64,000 nucleotides of DNA from Spirochaetia bacterium. Lineage in GTDB: Bacteria > Spirochaetota > Spirochaetia > SZUA-6 > Bin103. Shown in pieces: positions 40,951 through 50,629 of this stretch. Under the pieces are notes generated by a model that was given only the letters and a program-made list of their open reading frames with translations, searched no databases and was not told the DNA's origin. The stretch is from the NCBI GenBank assembly GCA_965203515.1, contig OZ241907.1, positions 960,001-1,024,000 of the forward strand, given 5' to 3'. Position 1 is the first letter of the stretch; each line of letters starts with the position of its first letter. Position numbers and translations under genes: made by a program.

Positions 40951-41250
40951 GTGAGCCCCGCAGCCGCCGCCCCCTGCCCAGACGCACGCCGCGCGCGTTT
41001 CTTCAACACTGCGGGGCCGGTGGTGGCCGCCGATCACTACTGCATTCCGCCGCTGCAGCGGGTGAATCTGGGCCCGGCGCCCGAGACCATCCGCGCCGAC
41101 GACCTGCAGTACGTGCGCGACCTGGGGCTGGTGGCGGTCGATCCGCCGGTGCGCATCGCAAATCCGATCTACCGGGAGGTCATTCCGCGCGCCATCACGT
41201 GGACGACCCAGGAGTTCCTGCCGCACGACCCCGCCTGGTACGTGGAACCC
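40951..41250 (+). pseudogene. Internally deleted AAA-like (AAA_35-type) ATPase remnant
   Basis: The family N-terminus RFFNTAGPV...HYCIPPL is joined directly to the mid-protein segment DDLQYVRDLGLV...IANPIYREVIPR; no Walker motifs. Confidence 0.7.
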
Positions 41251-41261
41251 GGCGCCGCTCT

Positions 41262-42245
41262 TCAGGCGCAGTCGGGATGGCCTTCGGTCCAGCGGCCGAA
41301 CGGCACGTCGGTCTGACCGCCCTGGTTGATCGTCGCCATGCGCGAGCGCGTCCGCAGCCAGCTCTCCCGCCACCGCCCGGCGTCGCGCAGCTCCAGGTGC
41401 GGGGCCTTGCGGCTGCGCGCGATGAAGCCGGGAAACGCCTCGCGGCCGGTGTGCTGGCCGATCGGGTTGTAGCGCAGGTCGAAGCTCCAGCGCACCTCCT
41501 CGCTGACGTTGGCCAGCGAGCCGTGCACGGTCTGCTTGTGGAGGCAGATCAGGTCGCCGCGCCGGGTCGGCAAGGGAATCGTCCTGTCGGTCTCGAACAG
41601 CTTCTCGGGGATGGTCCTGGTCCCCGGCCCGGTGTAGTCGAGGCAGTGCTGCAGCAGGCCGTTGCGATGGCTGCCGGGCACCACCTTGAGGCAGCCCATC
41701 TCCACCGGCGTGTCGGTGAGGCTGAACCAGACGGTGAGCATGTCGGTGTCGTCCGCCTCCGGGGTGACCACGCCGTGATCCTGGTGCCATTCCGTGGCGG
41801 CCAGCACCGGCTTGCCGCCGTTCTTCGGCAGGTACTGCTCCGGCGGCTTGATGCGCACGTGCTGCACGGGGTTGGAGTAGATCTCCGGCCCGATCAGCGC
41901 TTCGGCCACGTCCAGGATCGGCGCCGCGGTCAGGGCGTCGAGCACCGCCTGACCGGCCCAGAACGGCGTCCGCTCGGTCACGTTGCTGAACGGCAGCGAA
42001 AAGTCGAAGTACTGGGCGTGCGCGCGGCCGGTCTCCGCGTAGATCTTCGTGACCCGTCTGTCGAACGGCAGGTCGGCGTAGGTCGAATCGATCTCGCCAT
42101 CGGCGCAGAGCTCGCCGGCAAGGCGGTCGAGCACGCCCTCATACTCCGCGATCACGGGGTCGAGATAGCGTTCCGGCGGAATGACGTCCTCCACCAGAAG
42201 ATAGCCGTCGACGTGGAACCGCTCGATCTGCTGCGTTGTCAGCAT
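41262..42245 (-). CDS. Phytanoyl-CoA dioxygenase (PhyH) family Fe/2-OG dioxygenase
   Basis: FHVDGYLLV, WHQD, TVW, GCLKVVPGSH, HGSLANVS...RWSFDLRY; RBS AAGGAGG. Confidence 0.9.
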   Translation of the reverse strand: MLTTQQIERFHVDGYLLVEDVIPPERYLDPVIAEYEGVLDRLAGELCADGEIDSTYADLPFDRRVTKIYAETGRAHAQYFDFSLPFSNVTERTPFWAGQAVLDALTAAPILDVAEALIGPEIYSNPVQHVRIKPPEQYLPKNGGKPVLAATEWHQDHGVVTPEADDTDMLTVWFSLTDTPVEMGCLKVVPGSHRNGLLQHCLDYTGPGTRTIPEKLFETDRTIPLPTRRGDLICLHKQTVHGSLANVSEEVRWSFDLRYNPIGQHTGREAFPGFIARSRKAPHLELRDAGRWRESWLRTRSRMATINQGGQTDVPFGRWTEGHPDCA

Positions 42246-42478
42246 CGCATCCTCCTTTGGCATCAGCCGTCCTTGCGAGTACCGCCGCGGATCATGTGAC
42301 AGGGGATTGCGTGTACGCAACCCCGTGCGCGTCCTTGGTGAGAATACGGACCGCAATGATACGCTGAAACATGCTCGACGAAGGGGACGGTCCGGTCGAC
42401 GTGGTCGGAGCGGCGGCGGTGCTCGGCGTCGTCTATCGGCCCGAGGCGGTGGAGGTGGACGTTTCTCGGCGATCTTGA

Positions 42479-43867
42479 TTACCGGTCTACGCTTTCGGCA
42501 GCAGGGCTGAACGGAACCGGCGTCTGCCGATCCTCGCCGGGGCGGCCGAATCCGGCGCCGACGTGGCGGTAGCGGTGATGGGCGGCGCACAGCAGGCGGA
42601 GATTGTTCGGCTCGGCGGCGCCGCCGCGGGCATACGGCACGACGTGATCGATCTGCAGCAGGTGTTGGGAGCCGCAGCGGCGCCCGCTGGTGCCGTCCAC
42701 GTAACGGCAGCGGCCCCGGTCGCGCCGCCAGACCTCGCGCTTGACCGCCGCCGGGATGGCGCGGCCGGTCACGCCGCCGGCCTTCGCTGCCGAAGTTTCG
42801 GTCCGCGCAGGCGGCGCAGCCCGCGCCACGCCCGCCGTCGCAGCCTGCCGGCCGGGGCGCCGCGTCTTCGCCGCCGAAGTGGTGTCGCCCGCCGGCTTCG
42901 CTGCCGAAGTGTCCGGGCTGTCAGCGGCTTCGTCTCCCGGCTGCGCCGGTGCCTGAGCCGATACCTTCGCCGCCGAAGGAGCGGCGCGGTCCGCGCCGGC
43001 CTCCTGCTTCGCTGCCGAGGCAGCGCCGCGAGCCGAGGCCGCCTGCGTCTTCGGCGCCGAAGTTTGCTCGGCCCCTTTGGCCGGCGCGGCGCGCCGCCCG
43101 CGCGGCGGCCGGGCCGGGTCGTGGCGGTCGAGCCCTTCCCGCACCAGCCGCGCCATGAGCTGCCCCAACGTCAGGTGCGGGTCAACGTGAGACAGGAGCC
43201 CCTTGAGCCGCTCCAAGCCGCGCCGGCACTCATCGCCGATGGCCGCCTTGAGTTCCCAGCGCCCGCCGCCCAGGGGCCGCACCCGATCCGCCGACGCCGC
43301 CAGCTCCGGGTCCACCTCGGCCAGCAACTGCATCACCTGCCGGCTGCTCTTGCCGGACGCCTGCTCCACCAGCTCCCGCCGCGCCTCCAGGTCCAGTACC
43401 GGCGCCGGCGCCGGCTTCCGCTCCGCCGGCCGCTCCGGCGCCGAGCCGTCCTGCGACCGAGCGGCAGCCCCGAACCCGGCCCGCGGCGCGCTTCGCGCCG
43501 CCCGTTCCTTCCTGCGCTCCTGCCGGTCGAAGGCGTTCTGCAACTGCGCGGCCGCGTTCAGCGTCATCGAGCCATTCCGCAGGCGCTCGCGCACGCCGTC
43601 GACGTCCGCGCAGAGCCGCATCGCCTTGATGCGCCGCCACGCTGCGGCGTCGCTGTAACCCAGCTCGCGCACCGCGTAGTCGAACAGGCTGGAGAACCCG
43701 CGGCGCAGATACAGGCGGCGCTTATGAATCTCGCGCAGGTGGTCGATCACGACCACTTCGAGATGGTGTTCGATGCCGGACAGTTCCTTGGTTCGCTCCA
43801 GCAAGCGGTCGTCTGAGAGGGCGGAAACGGTAGTGGTGACGGCCCCGTCGGAAGCACGATTGTACAT
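42479..43867 (-). CDS. HNH endonuclease with DUF222-like N-terminal region
   Basis: HLREIHKRRLY...GFSSLFDYAVRELGYS; C-terminal IPAAVKREVWRRDRGRC...C...QIDHVVPYARGG...NLRLLCAAHH. Confidence 0.85.
   Translation of the reverse strand: MYNRASDGAVTTTVSALSDDRLLERTKELSGIEHHLEVVVIDHLREIHKRRLYLRRGFSSLFDYAVRELGYSDAAAWRRIKAMRLCADVDGVRERLRNGSMTLNAAAQLQNAFDRQERRKERAARSAPRAGFGAAARSQDGSAPERPAERKPAPAPVLDLEARRELVEQASGKSSRQVMQLLAEVDPELAASADRVRPLGGGRWELKAAIGDECRRGLERLKGLLSHVDPHLTLGQLMARLVREGLDRHDPARPPRGRRAAPAKGAEQTSAPKTQAASARGAASAAKQEAGADRAAPSAAKVSAQAPAQPGDEAADSPDTSAAKPAGDTTSAAKTRRPGRQAATAGVARAAPPARTETSAAKAGGVTGRAIPAAVKREVWRRDRGRCRYVDGTSGRRCGSQHLLQIDHVVPYARGGAAEPNNLRLLCAAHHRYRHVGAGFGRPGEDRQTPVPFSPAAESVDR
42782..43062. 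repeat. Six dispersed palindromic 14-mers CTTCG-N4-CGAAG inside the HNH gene linker
   Basis: Copies start at 42782, 42866, 42896, 42965, 43007 (1 mismatch) and 43049; they encode xSAAK/SAPK. Confidence 0.85.
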
Positions 43868-43873
43868 GACATA

Positions 43874-43902
43874 AGTATAACCATGGAAACTACTTGAGTC
43901 AA
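43874..43902 (-). promoter_or_regulatory. Sigma70 promoter of the HNH gene (leaderless)
   Basis: TTGACT-N17-TATACT, 6 nt before the ATG at 43867. Confidence 0.75.
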
Positions 43903-44014
43903 GTTATTCGGCCCGGAAGATGCCACCTGCGGGCGTGAATCGGCGGCGCATTTCCAAGCGGATAGGCTGGACGTTCCGTCAGATGCTACTGCCGAGAATG
44001 TCGCCGGCGTCGAG

Positions 44015-44200
44015 CGGCAGGCTTTCTTACGGCCCCAGGCGGCCTCGTCGATCGCGTAGTCGAGGAGGAGGTCGCAGGCGGTGGAAACGTCGCTCCAGCC
44101 GCAGGCGTCGAGCACGGCGCGGTCCATGGTGGCGTGCAGCGGTACTCGTAGTACGCCTTTCCGGCGGCTTCGAGGGCGGGATCGGTATCAACAATTTGGA
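44015..44200 (-). pseudogene. Remnant of the C-terminus of a large type IIG/Eco57I-like DNA methyltransferase
   Basis: PALEAAGKAYYEYR then, after a frame change, LHATMDRAVLDACGWSD...LLDYAIDEAAWGRKK; the intervening segment is missing. Confidence 0.6.
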
Positions 44201-44381
44201 AGTGCGCCCCTTTCGGGGGTGGGCGGGAGCGGCCGGCGGCCCCGGCGAATCCGATACCGGCCCGTACCCTTGGCCTTGGCAGGAACGTCCAACCGCCGCC
44301 CGCGGCCGCTCGTGTGCGTACTCGGCGCGTCTTGTGTGGTAGATCGCTCTGACAGCGACCTGTGCAATCAGTCCGATGTGG

Positions 44382-44750
44382 TCAGGTCAAGTCGAATCTA
44401 GCCGGAGCCCACACGACTTCCGCCAGTCTTTGATACAGCTTCTGCCGTTTATCGATGGTCGACTTGCTGAACGTCGGTTCAGCCTCAAACTGGAGGTCGT
44501 GCTTCTCGATGAGTCGACGGAAACTCGGATTATTTTCATACGCCAGCGGATGAAGCGACCGAGCTAACGGGTTCTGTCCATGGTAATGTTTTACCTTTGT
44601 CGGGGTACGGCATATCGCCATAGCTGGCGTTGAAGTCCTTGGGAAGCAATAGCAATGCTCCCAGTCTGTTTCGGTGTTCCTGGAATTCCGATTCGGTCTG
44701 AAATTCGGTTCGGTGTTGGTCAAAGTGGTCGGCCAAGACATGCTCGACTT
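44382..44750 (-). pseudogene. Frameshifted DUF1524 (GmrSD C-terminal HNH-like) fragment
   Basis: VEHVLADH...RNRLGALLLLPKDFNASYGDMPYPDK / frameshift / VKHYHGQNPLARSLHPLAYENNPSF...IDKRQKLY...W. Confidence 0.75.
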
Positions 44751-44828
44751 CGGGAAGCCGGCACGCGGCTCAACCGCGACCTTGCAAGGTACGTCGTCCC
44801 GATCGCCGCTTTCTGCGGGGTAGCGGGG

Positions 44829-45872
44829 TCAGCGGCCGGGGCTGGTGGCGGGGCCGCGGCCGTATTCGTTGACGGGGTTGCGGTAGATCGAGTGGTAATG
44901 CCCGCCGGCGGCGCCGAGCGCGCCTTGGGTGGAGAACTCGATGAGCAGGGTCGGTCCCTGGATGCGGTAGTAGATGGCGCCCGAACCATCGGCCGGTCCG
45001 TGCCAGGCGAAGCGCACCTCGGCCAGTTCCGCTTCGATCTCGGCCAGCCGGCGTTGCGCCGCGGCCGGCGGCATGACGCCCACCCACAGGCCGATCAGGT
45101 CGATGAGCTGCCGCCGGTGGTGCGCCGACCAGTCGCCGGCGCGGCTCCCTTCCGGCGGCGGTATCACGCCGTCGCGGCCGGCGCCGGCATACAACTCCCG
45201 CGGCCGGCTGCCCGCCAGGGCGGCGGTCCGGTGGCCGGCGGGCAGGGCGGCCAGCAGGGCGGCGCCGGCGGCGGCCCGGTCGCGCAGCGGCGCCAGCTCC
45301 AACCCATCCAGCGTGAACGTGGCCGGCTCGATGCCGATGAACGACGGCGACATGCTCATGGCGCCGCCGGTCACCGTGACGTTGAGTGCCAAGTGGTGGC
45401 CGCCGAACTGCCATTTCCAGTCGCCGCCGGCCACCGGATCGCCGAAGAAGGCGAGCCAGTAGTTGTCCGGGCTCCAGCCGAGGCGGGACGCCCGCGCATT
45501 GCCGGCAAGCACGGTCTCGGCCGCTATCACCCCCTGCACCAGCTCGGCCCCCTGGGGACTCAGCGCCGCCGCCAGGTAGTCGAACAGGGCCGCTCGCTGA
45601 ACGTCGTTCAAGTCACCGGCGCGCACCCCGTTGCGCGCGAACCGCACCATCCGCGCCGGCAGGTTCGACCAGTTGACGATGAGCGGGCTGGCCGCCGGCA
45701 GCACTGCCGTGCGCGCCTGCGCCGGGTCGAGCGTGCCGAGGAATCGGTTGGCGGCGGCCGCGGCGGCCATGATCTCGCCGCCAACGGAGGAATCGGCGGC
45801 CGCGCCGGGGGTGACCGACAGCAGGACGCCGGCGCCGAGCACGCCGGCGAGCGAACGGACCGAGCATGTCAT
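44829..45872 (-). CDS. DUF3500 domain secreted protein
   Basis: Signal-like N-terminus; WSNLP, LSPQG, YWLAFFGDP, WQFGGHHLALN, YYRIQGPTLLIE, HYHSIYR...NEYG. Confidence 0.85.
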   Translation of the reverse strand: MTCSVRSLAGVLGAGVLLSVTPGAAADSSVGGEIMAAAAAANRFLGTLDPAQARTAVLPAASPLIVNWSNLPARMVRFARNGVRAGDLNDVQRAALFDYLAAALSPQGAELVQGVIAAETVLAGNARASRLGWSPDNYWLAFFGDPVAGGDWKWQFGGHHLALNVTVTGGAMSMSPSFIGIEPATFTLDGLELAPLRDRAAAGAALLAALPAGHRTAALAGSRPRELYAGAGRDGVIPPPEGSRAGDWSAHHRRQLIDLIGLWVGVMPPAAAQRRLAEIEAELAEVRFAWHGPADGSGAIYYRIQGPTLLIEFSTQGALGAAGGHYHSIYRNPVNEYGRGPATSPGR

Positions 45873-45946
45873 GCCCCGATTGTGCACGAAGCACGATCTG
45901 CTCACCGCCGCGCTGACGGCGCGGGACGGGTAGGGGGCCGGGCTGC

Positions 45947-47080
45947 TCAGAGGCGGGCGTCGAGCTCGGCCAGCGTGAAGCGGACGCTGACGATCGACTG
46001 CCGCTCGGCGCCGGGCCGGTACTTGACGTAGGCGGTGACCACGAAGGTGTCGTCGGGCAACCGCTCGATCGAGGAATACGAGCCGTCGACGCCGGCGTGG
46101 CTGGTCAGCAACCGCACCCGGTACGCTCCTTCGCGCCCGGCGAGGACGTCGTCGCAGGCGCCGACCCACAGCGACAGGTCGCCCCGTTCCGGGCAGCCGG
46201 GGGCCGTGTTGCGCATGCTCACCAGCAGGCGCCCGTCGCGGGCGTACCGGTGCCGGTGGCGGTCGCCGGTGAGCCCCAGCGGCAGCTCGCGCGGCCCGGA
46301 CCAGGTTGCTCCCTCGTCATCGGAGGTGATGAACAGCGACCGGCTGGTGTACTCCCAGCGGCCGGTGTTGTCGCGCAGCAGGCAGAGCAGCCGGCCGTCG
46401 GGCGAGCGGATCAGCTCCGGTTCGCCGGGGATGCGGGGCGGGCAGTCCAGGACGATGCGCCAGCGGCTCCAGGTCAGCCCGCCGTCAGAGGAGATGCTCT
46501 GCGCGATGCGGTTGCCCGCGTGCCCGCCCGGCGTCATGGGCATGCGGGCGTTCGGGTCCTCGCCGCGCCGGATGTTGCTGATCCCCAGCAGACGCGCGCC
46601 GCCGTCGATCGGGACGATCGAGCAGAACGGCATCACGCATTCCAGGCCGTTGGAGGCCATCGGCGTCCAGGTGCGGCCGCCGTCCTCCGAATGCGCCTGA
46701 TGCATCGTGTTCTCCGGCCCGGCGCGAAGCTGCCGGCCGGCGCGCCCGGCGAACACCAGCAGGCGGGCGGTTCCCTGCGGGTCGGTGAGCCGGTAGATGG
46801 CGGGGCAGTTCTGGACCGTGCCCCAGCTTGCGGGTACCGGCAGCAGCCCGCTCCAGGTCAGCCCGCCGTCGGTGCTCTTCACGAGCGGCCCGCAACGCCC
46901 GCCGTGCTCGTAGCTGAACGCGCAGAACATGGTCCTGCCGTCCGGCATCAGCACGGTCGTGGGGCTGCAGTAGTAGGTCTCCTCCGTGCCGGCGGCGACG
47001 ATCACGTGGCGGTCGGACTCGTCGGACAGGTCGATCAGCGGTATGGGGAGCGCGGACCGGTTCGGAGACCGGCCGGTCAT
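45947..47080 (-). CDS. Sialidase/BNR-repeat protein
   Basis: Asp-boxes STDGGLTW, SEDGGRTW, SSDGGLTW, SDDEGATW; LTGDRH. Confidence 0.85.
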   Translation of the reverse strand: MTGRSPNRSALPIPLIDLSDESDRHVIVAAGTEETYYCSPTTVLMPDGRTMFCAFSYEHGGRCGPLVKSTDGGLTWSGLLPVPASWGTVQNCPAIYRLTDPQGTARLLVFAGRAGRQLRAGPENTMHQAHSEDGGRTWTPMASNGLECVMPFCSIVPIDGGARLLGISNIRRGEDPNARMPMTPGGHAGNRIAQSISSDGGLTWSRWRIVLDCPPRIPGEPELIRSPDGRLLCLLRDNTGRWEYTSRSLFITSDDEGATWSGPRELPLGLTGDRHRHRYARDGRLLVSMRNTAPGCPERGDLSLWVGACDDVLAGREGAYRVRLLTSHAGVDGSYSSIERLPDDTFVVTAYVKYRPGAERQSIVSVRFTLAELDARL

Positions 47081-48030
47081 GCCGGGTCGGTCATGCGGGG
47101 TCGGTCATGGGTGATCTCATCCTTGCCTCGTTGATAGCGGGCGACGTGATCGTTCCACGATCCGGGAACCGCCTGCGGGTCGGCGCTCCGCACCGGGAAC
47201 GGCCGCAGCCGGCCGGCGGAGGCGCCGCACTCGCGCAGGTAGGAGCGGGCCAGCCGGTCGGTCTCCGCGGTCGATCGCGCCGCGGGCGTCGGCAGGTAGC
47301 GCAGGTCGACGTTCCAGCGCACCGTGCGGGTGCGGTTCAGCTGGCTGCTGTGGTAGGTGAGGTTGGAGAAGACCGCCAGGTCGCCCCGGCGCATGACGAG
47401 CGGCTCCGGCGTGCCGCGCTCGATGACGTCCCGAGCGCTGCGCATGTTGCCGGCCTCGTCACGCGCGCCGTCCTGCAGTCCCCAGCGATGGCTGCCGGGG
47501 ATCACCCACAGACAGCCGTTGCGCTCATCCACGTCGACCAGCGGCACCCACGCGGTGACGATGCGCAGCCGGTGCGTCGGGACGCGCGTGGCGCTGTTGA
47601 AGTACTGCGCGTCCTGATGCCAGTGGAAGTGCCGCAGCCGGTTGTCGGCGAACGTCTGCGGCAGCTTGCAGCGGATGTGGAAGCTCCACAGGTACGTGAT
47701 CTCCGGGCCCAGGAGCGCTTCCAGCACGTCGAGCACCGCCGGGCAGACGGCGATGCGGAAGAACTCCTCGGTCCGGGCAAGCCGGCCCCAGGCGACCGGC
47801 AGGTCGAGCCGGCCGGTCGGGTCGAGGTCGGCGAGCCGCGTCAGGAACGGGCTGCCGCGGCAGGCGTCGGCGATCTTTCCATCGCGCAGGAGGCGCTCGG
47901 CCAGATCGCCGACCGCCCGTTCCAGCAGGCCGGTCGCCGGCCGGAGCACCTCCCTCGATACGGCGCCGGGCACGATGACGTACCCCTGGCGCTCGTAGCG
48001 GTCGAGCAGCGTTGCGGCCGGCGTCGGCAT
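47077..48030 (-). CDS. PhyH-family dioxygenase
   Basis: YERQGYVIV, WHQD, TAWVPL, GCLWVIPGSH, HSSQLN...RWNVDLRY. Confidence 0.9.
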   Translation of the reverse strand: MPTPAATLLDRYERQGYVIVPGAVSREVLRPATGLLERAVGDLAERLLRDGKIADACRGSPFLTRLADLDPTGRLDLPVAWGRLARTEEFFRIAVCPAVLDVLEALLGPEITYLWSFHIRCKLPQTFADNRLRHFHWHQDAQYFNSATRVPTHRLRIVTAWVPLVDVDERNGCLWVIPGSHRWGLQDGARDEAGNMRSARDVIERGTPEPLVMRRGDLAVFSNLTYHSSQLNRTRTVRWNVDLRYLPTPAARSTAETDRLARSYLRECGASAGRLRPFPVRSADPQAVPGSWNDHVARYQRGKDEITHDRPRMTDPA

Positions 48031-48038
48031 GGAATCCG

Positions 48039-49622
48039 CTACCTGCCGGCGGCGGCCAGCGACTCCAGGAGCCGGTCGAGGCCGGCGTTCATCATGTCCT
48101 GCACGTAGCCGTCCCACGAAGCGGCGACGTCGATCGCGCCGGTGATCGCCTTCCAGGCGAATTCCTGCTCGATCGTCTTGAGGTTGCCGGCCAGGGCGCG
48201 CTCATCCTCGTTCCAATCGGGGCTGAAGCCGATACCGGGGCCGAGCGTCTGATTGGCCTCGATCCAGGACTGCAGCGCGTGGCGGTTCGGCGCGATGTAC
48301 ACCTTGTCGACCGGCGGCACGATGTGCGCGGGGCTGATCATGCGCACGCCGAGCAGCGCGCCGGAGGGGCCGTCCTTGGCCGAGCCGGTCCCCGGGATGG
48401 CGACGTGATAGCCGTTCCGATCGATCTGCCAGGTCTCGTCCCGTTCGCCGCCGTAGAAGACGTTGGCGTACACCTCGGCGTCCGAGAACTGATCTTCCAG
48501 GATCTGCATGATCTTGATCAGGACCTCGTCGCTGGTGTTGGCGCCGATCGCGATCGGACTCCAGTTGGGGTTGCGGTACCAGGTGCCGCGGCCGCCGGTC
48601 GGTCCCACCGGGGTGATCGAGTAGGCGATGTCGGCATCGGGATGGGTTTCGCGCAGCGCTCCCCACGGCCCGGCGCCGTACTGGGACTGCCAGGCGTCCA
48701 GCTCCGACCACGCCCCGAACTCGTCGTTGGCCATGGCCCGCACCACGTCGGCGCGCACCGCGGTCGGCGTGTCGGGATGGATGATCTCCTGCTCCCACCA
48801 GGTGTTGACGTAGATCAGCGCGTCCCGGTAGGCGGGGTCCACCAACGAGTAGTAGCCGGCGCCGTCGCGCACGTCCCAGACGTGCAATTGGATGCCGAAG
48901 GCGCCGAACACGTTGGGCAGGACCGTGCGCTGAAAGTCCGGACTGTTCTTCCACACCATGTAGCCGTAGGAGTCCTTGCGGCCGTCGCCGTCGGGGTCGG
49001 CGTTGCGGAACCTCAGCAGCAGGTCCTCGATCTCCTCGATGCTGTCCGGGCCGCGGAAGAACTCGCGGTCGGGCACCGGTTCGGGCTCGTAGCCGACGGC
49101 GCGCATCCAGTCGGCGCGGAAGCCGATCACCTGTCCGGTCGATGCCATCGACAGGGCGGTCGGGATCGCGTAGTTGGCGCCGTCGACGGTGGTCCGCTCC
49201 CACATCGCGTCGCCGGTGTAGTGCTCCTGCCACCGCATCCAGTTGGGCATGTGCTCCATGATCAGCTCGCGGGGCACCGGCCGGACCATGCCGGTGTCGA
49301 CGCACTCGCCGAGCGATGCTTTACAGGCGCCCAGGTTCGGCAGGTCGCCGGTCGCCAGACGGACCTGGATGGCCGCCGTGTCGTACGCGTCGATGTCGTA
49401 CCACGGCTCCAGGTTCACGCCGTACCGCTCTTCGAGGTAGCGCTCGGTCCAGGTGTCGGGCCCCAGCGTCGTGCCGCGCGGCGTGAACGGGATCAAGCTG
49501 ATCGTCAGCCGCTCGCCGGCGGCAGCCTCCGATTCGGCGGCGCCGAACGCCGCGGCCGCCGCGGCGAGCAGCACCAGCGCCGCGGCCGACCGCCGCAACG
49601 CGGTTCTCGTCGTCTCTCTCAT
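48039..49622 (-). CDS. Carbohydrate ABC transporter substrate-binding protein
   Basis: Signal peptide; LEERYGVNL, LATGDLP, DGANYAIP, FRADW, DPDGDGRKD, WDGYVQDM; RBS GAGGAG. Confidence 0.85.
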   Translation of the reverse strand: MRETTRTALRRSAAALVLLAAAAAAFGAAESEAAAGERLTISLIPFTPRGTTLGPDTWTERYLEERYGVNLEPWYDIDAYDTAAIQVRLATGDLPNLGACKASLGECVDTGMVRPVPRELIMEHMPNWMRWQEHYTGDAMWERTTVDGANYAIPTALSMASTGQVIGFRADWMRAVGYEPEPVPDREFFRGPDSIEEIEDLLLRFRNADPDGDGRKDSYGYMVWKNSPDFQRTVLPNVFGAFGIQLHVWDVRDGAGYYSLVDPAYRDALIYVNTWWEQEIIHPDTPTAVRADVVRAMANDEFGAWSELDAWQSQYGAGPWGALRETHPDADIAYSITPVGPTGGRGTWYRNPNWSPIAIGANTSDEVLIKIMQILEDQFSDAEVYANVFYGGERDETWQIDRNGYHVAIPGTGSAKDGPSGALLGVRMISPAHIVPPVDKVYIAPNRHALQSWIEANQTLGPGIGFSPDWNEDERALAGNLKTIEQEFAWKAITGAIDVAASWDGYVQDMMNAGLDRLLESLAAAGR

Positions 49623-49681
49623 CTGCACTCTCCTCCTCGGGGTCGGGATCGTTGCGCCATCGTATCAGAAATCGTCCTGGC

Positions 49682-50629
49682 TCAGCCCTTGACCGAGCCG
49701 AGCATGATGCCCTTCACGAAATAGCGCTGTATGAACGGGTAGACCAGCACGATCGGCCCGATCGACACGAACAGGAGCGCCGCCTTGACCGTCTCGGCGG
49801 TGATGTTGCGAATGTCCAGATCGGTCAGCAGCTCCAGTTCCGAGGTGACCTGATTTTCGATCAGCACCCGGCGCAGCAGCACCTGCAGGACGGTCAGATC
49901 GCGGCGCGGCGTGAACACCAGGGGAAAGAACCAGTCGTTCCAGTGCGCGACCGCCGCCCACAACGCCACGGTCGCCACGACCGGGGTCGACAGCGGCACG
50001 ATGATGCGGAACAGCACCTGCGTGAGGTTGGCGCCGTCGATGGTCGCGCTCTCGGTCATCTCGGCCGGGATCTCGCGGAAGAAGTTGCGCATGATGATGA
50101 TGTAGTAGGCGCTGGCCGCCATGTGCAGGATCCAGGCGGCGCGGGTGTTGAGCAGGCCGAGCTGCCGGTACCAGAGGAACGTCGGGATCAGACCGCCGGA
50201 GAAGAACATGGTGAACACGATGAAGAAGGTGATCGCCTTGATCCCCGGCAGCGTCCGGTCGGCAAGCCCGTAGGCGGCGGTGAAGCTGACCAGCAGGATC
50301 ACGGCGGTGCCGGCGGCGGTCTTGAACGCCGAGTTCAGATAGGCGGTGCCCAGGATGTCGTTGCCGAACACCTGCCGGTAGTTGCGCAGCGTCGCGTCCG
50401 CCGGCCACAGCTTGATGCGGTCCTGCACCGAAGCGGCCGGCGTGTTGAAGGAATCGACCAGCATCGACCAGAACGGGTACAGGATCGACAGCGCGAACAG
50501 CGCCATCACCGCGTAGGCGAGCGCATCGACCGTGCGGTCCTCCAGCAAGCGTCGGCGTGCCGCCGCCGGCGTACCGCCGTCGGCGTGCCGCCGCGTTCCG
50601 GCCCTTGCCGACACCGGCGCTCCGGTCAC
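49682..50629 (-). CDS. Carbohydrate ABC transporter permease (LplC-like)
   Basis: FFSGGLIPT, MRNFFREIP, EAA motif ESATIDGA, AVAHWNDWF, YPFIQRYFVKGIMLGSVKG. Confidence 0.9.
   Translation of the reverse strand: MTGAPVSARAGTRRHADGGTPAAARRRLLEDRTVDALAYAVMALFALSILYPFWSMLVDSFNTPAASVQDRIKLWPADATLRNYRQVFGNDILGTAYLNSAFKTAAGTAVILLVSFTAAYGLADRTLPGIKAITFFIVFTMFFSGGLIPTFLWYRQLGLLNTRAAWILHMAASAYYIIIMRNFFREIPAEMTESATIDGANLTQVLFRIIVPLSTPVVATVALWAAVAHWNDWFFPLVFTPRRDLTVLQVLLRRVLIENQVTSELELLTDLDIRNITAETVKAALLFVSIGPIVLVYPFIQRYFVKGIMLGSVKG

Noticed and set aside
42782..43062. Palindromic repeats in the HNH gene considered as a CRISPR array
   Set aside because: Only 14 bp, irregular spacing, in frame within a CDS, and unlike the I-G repeat.
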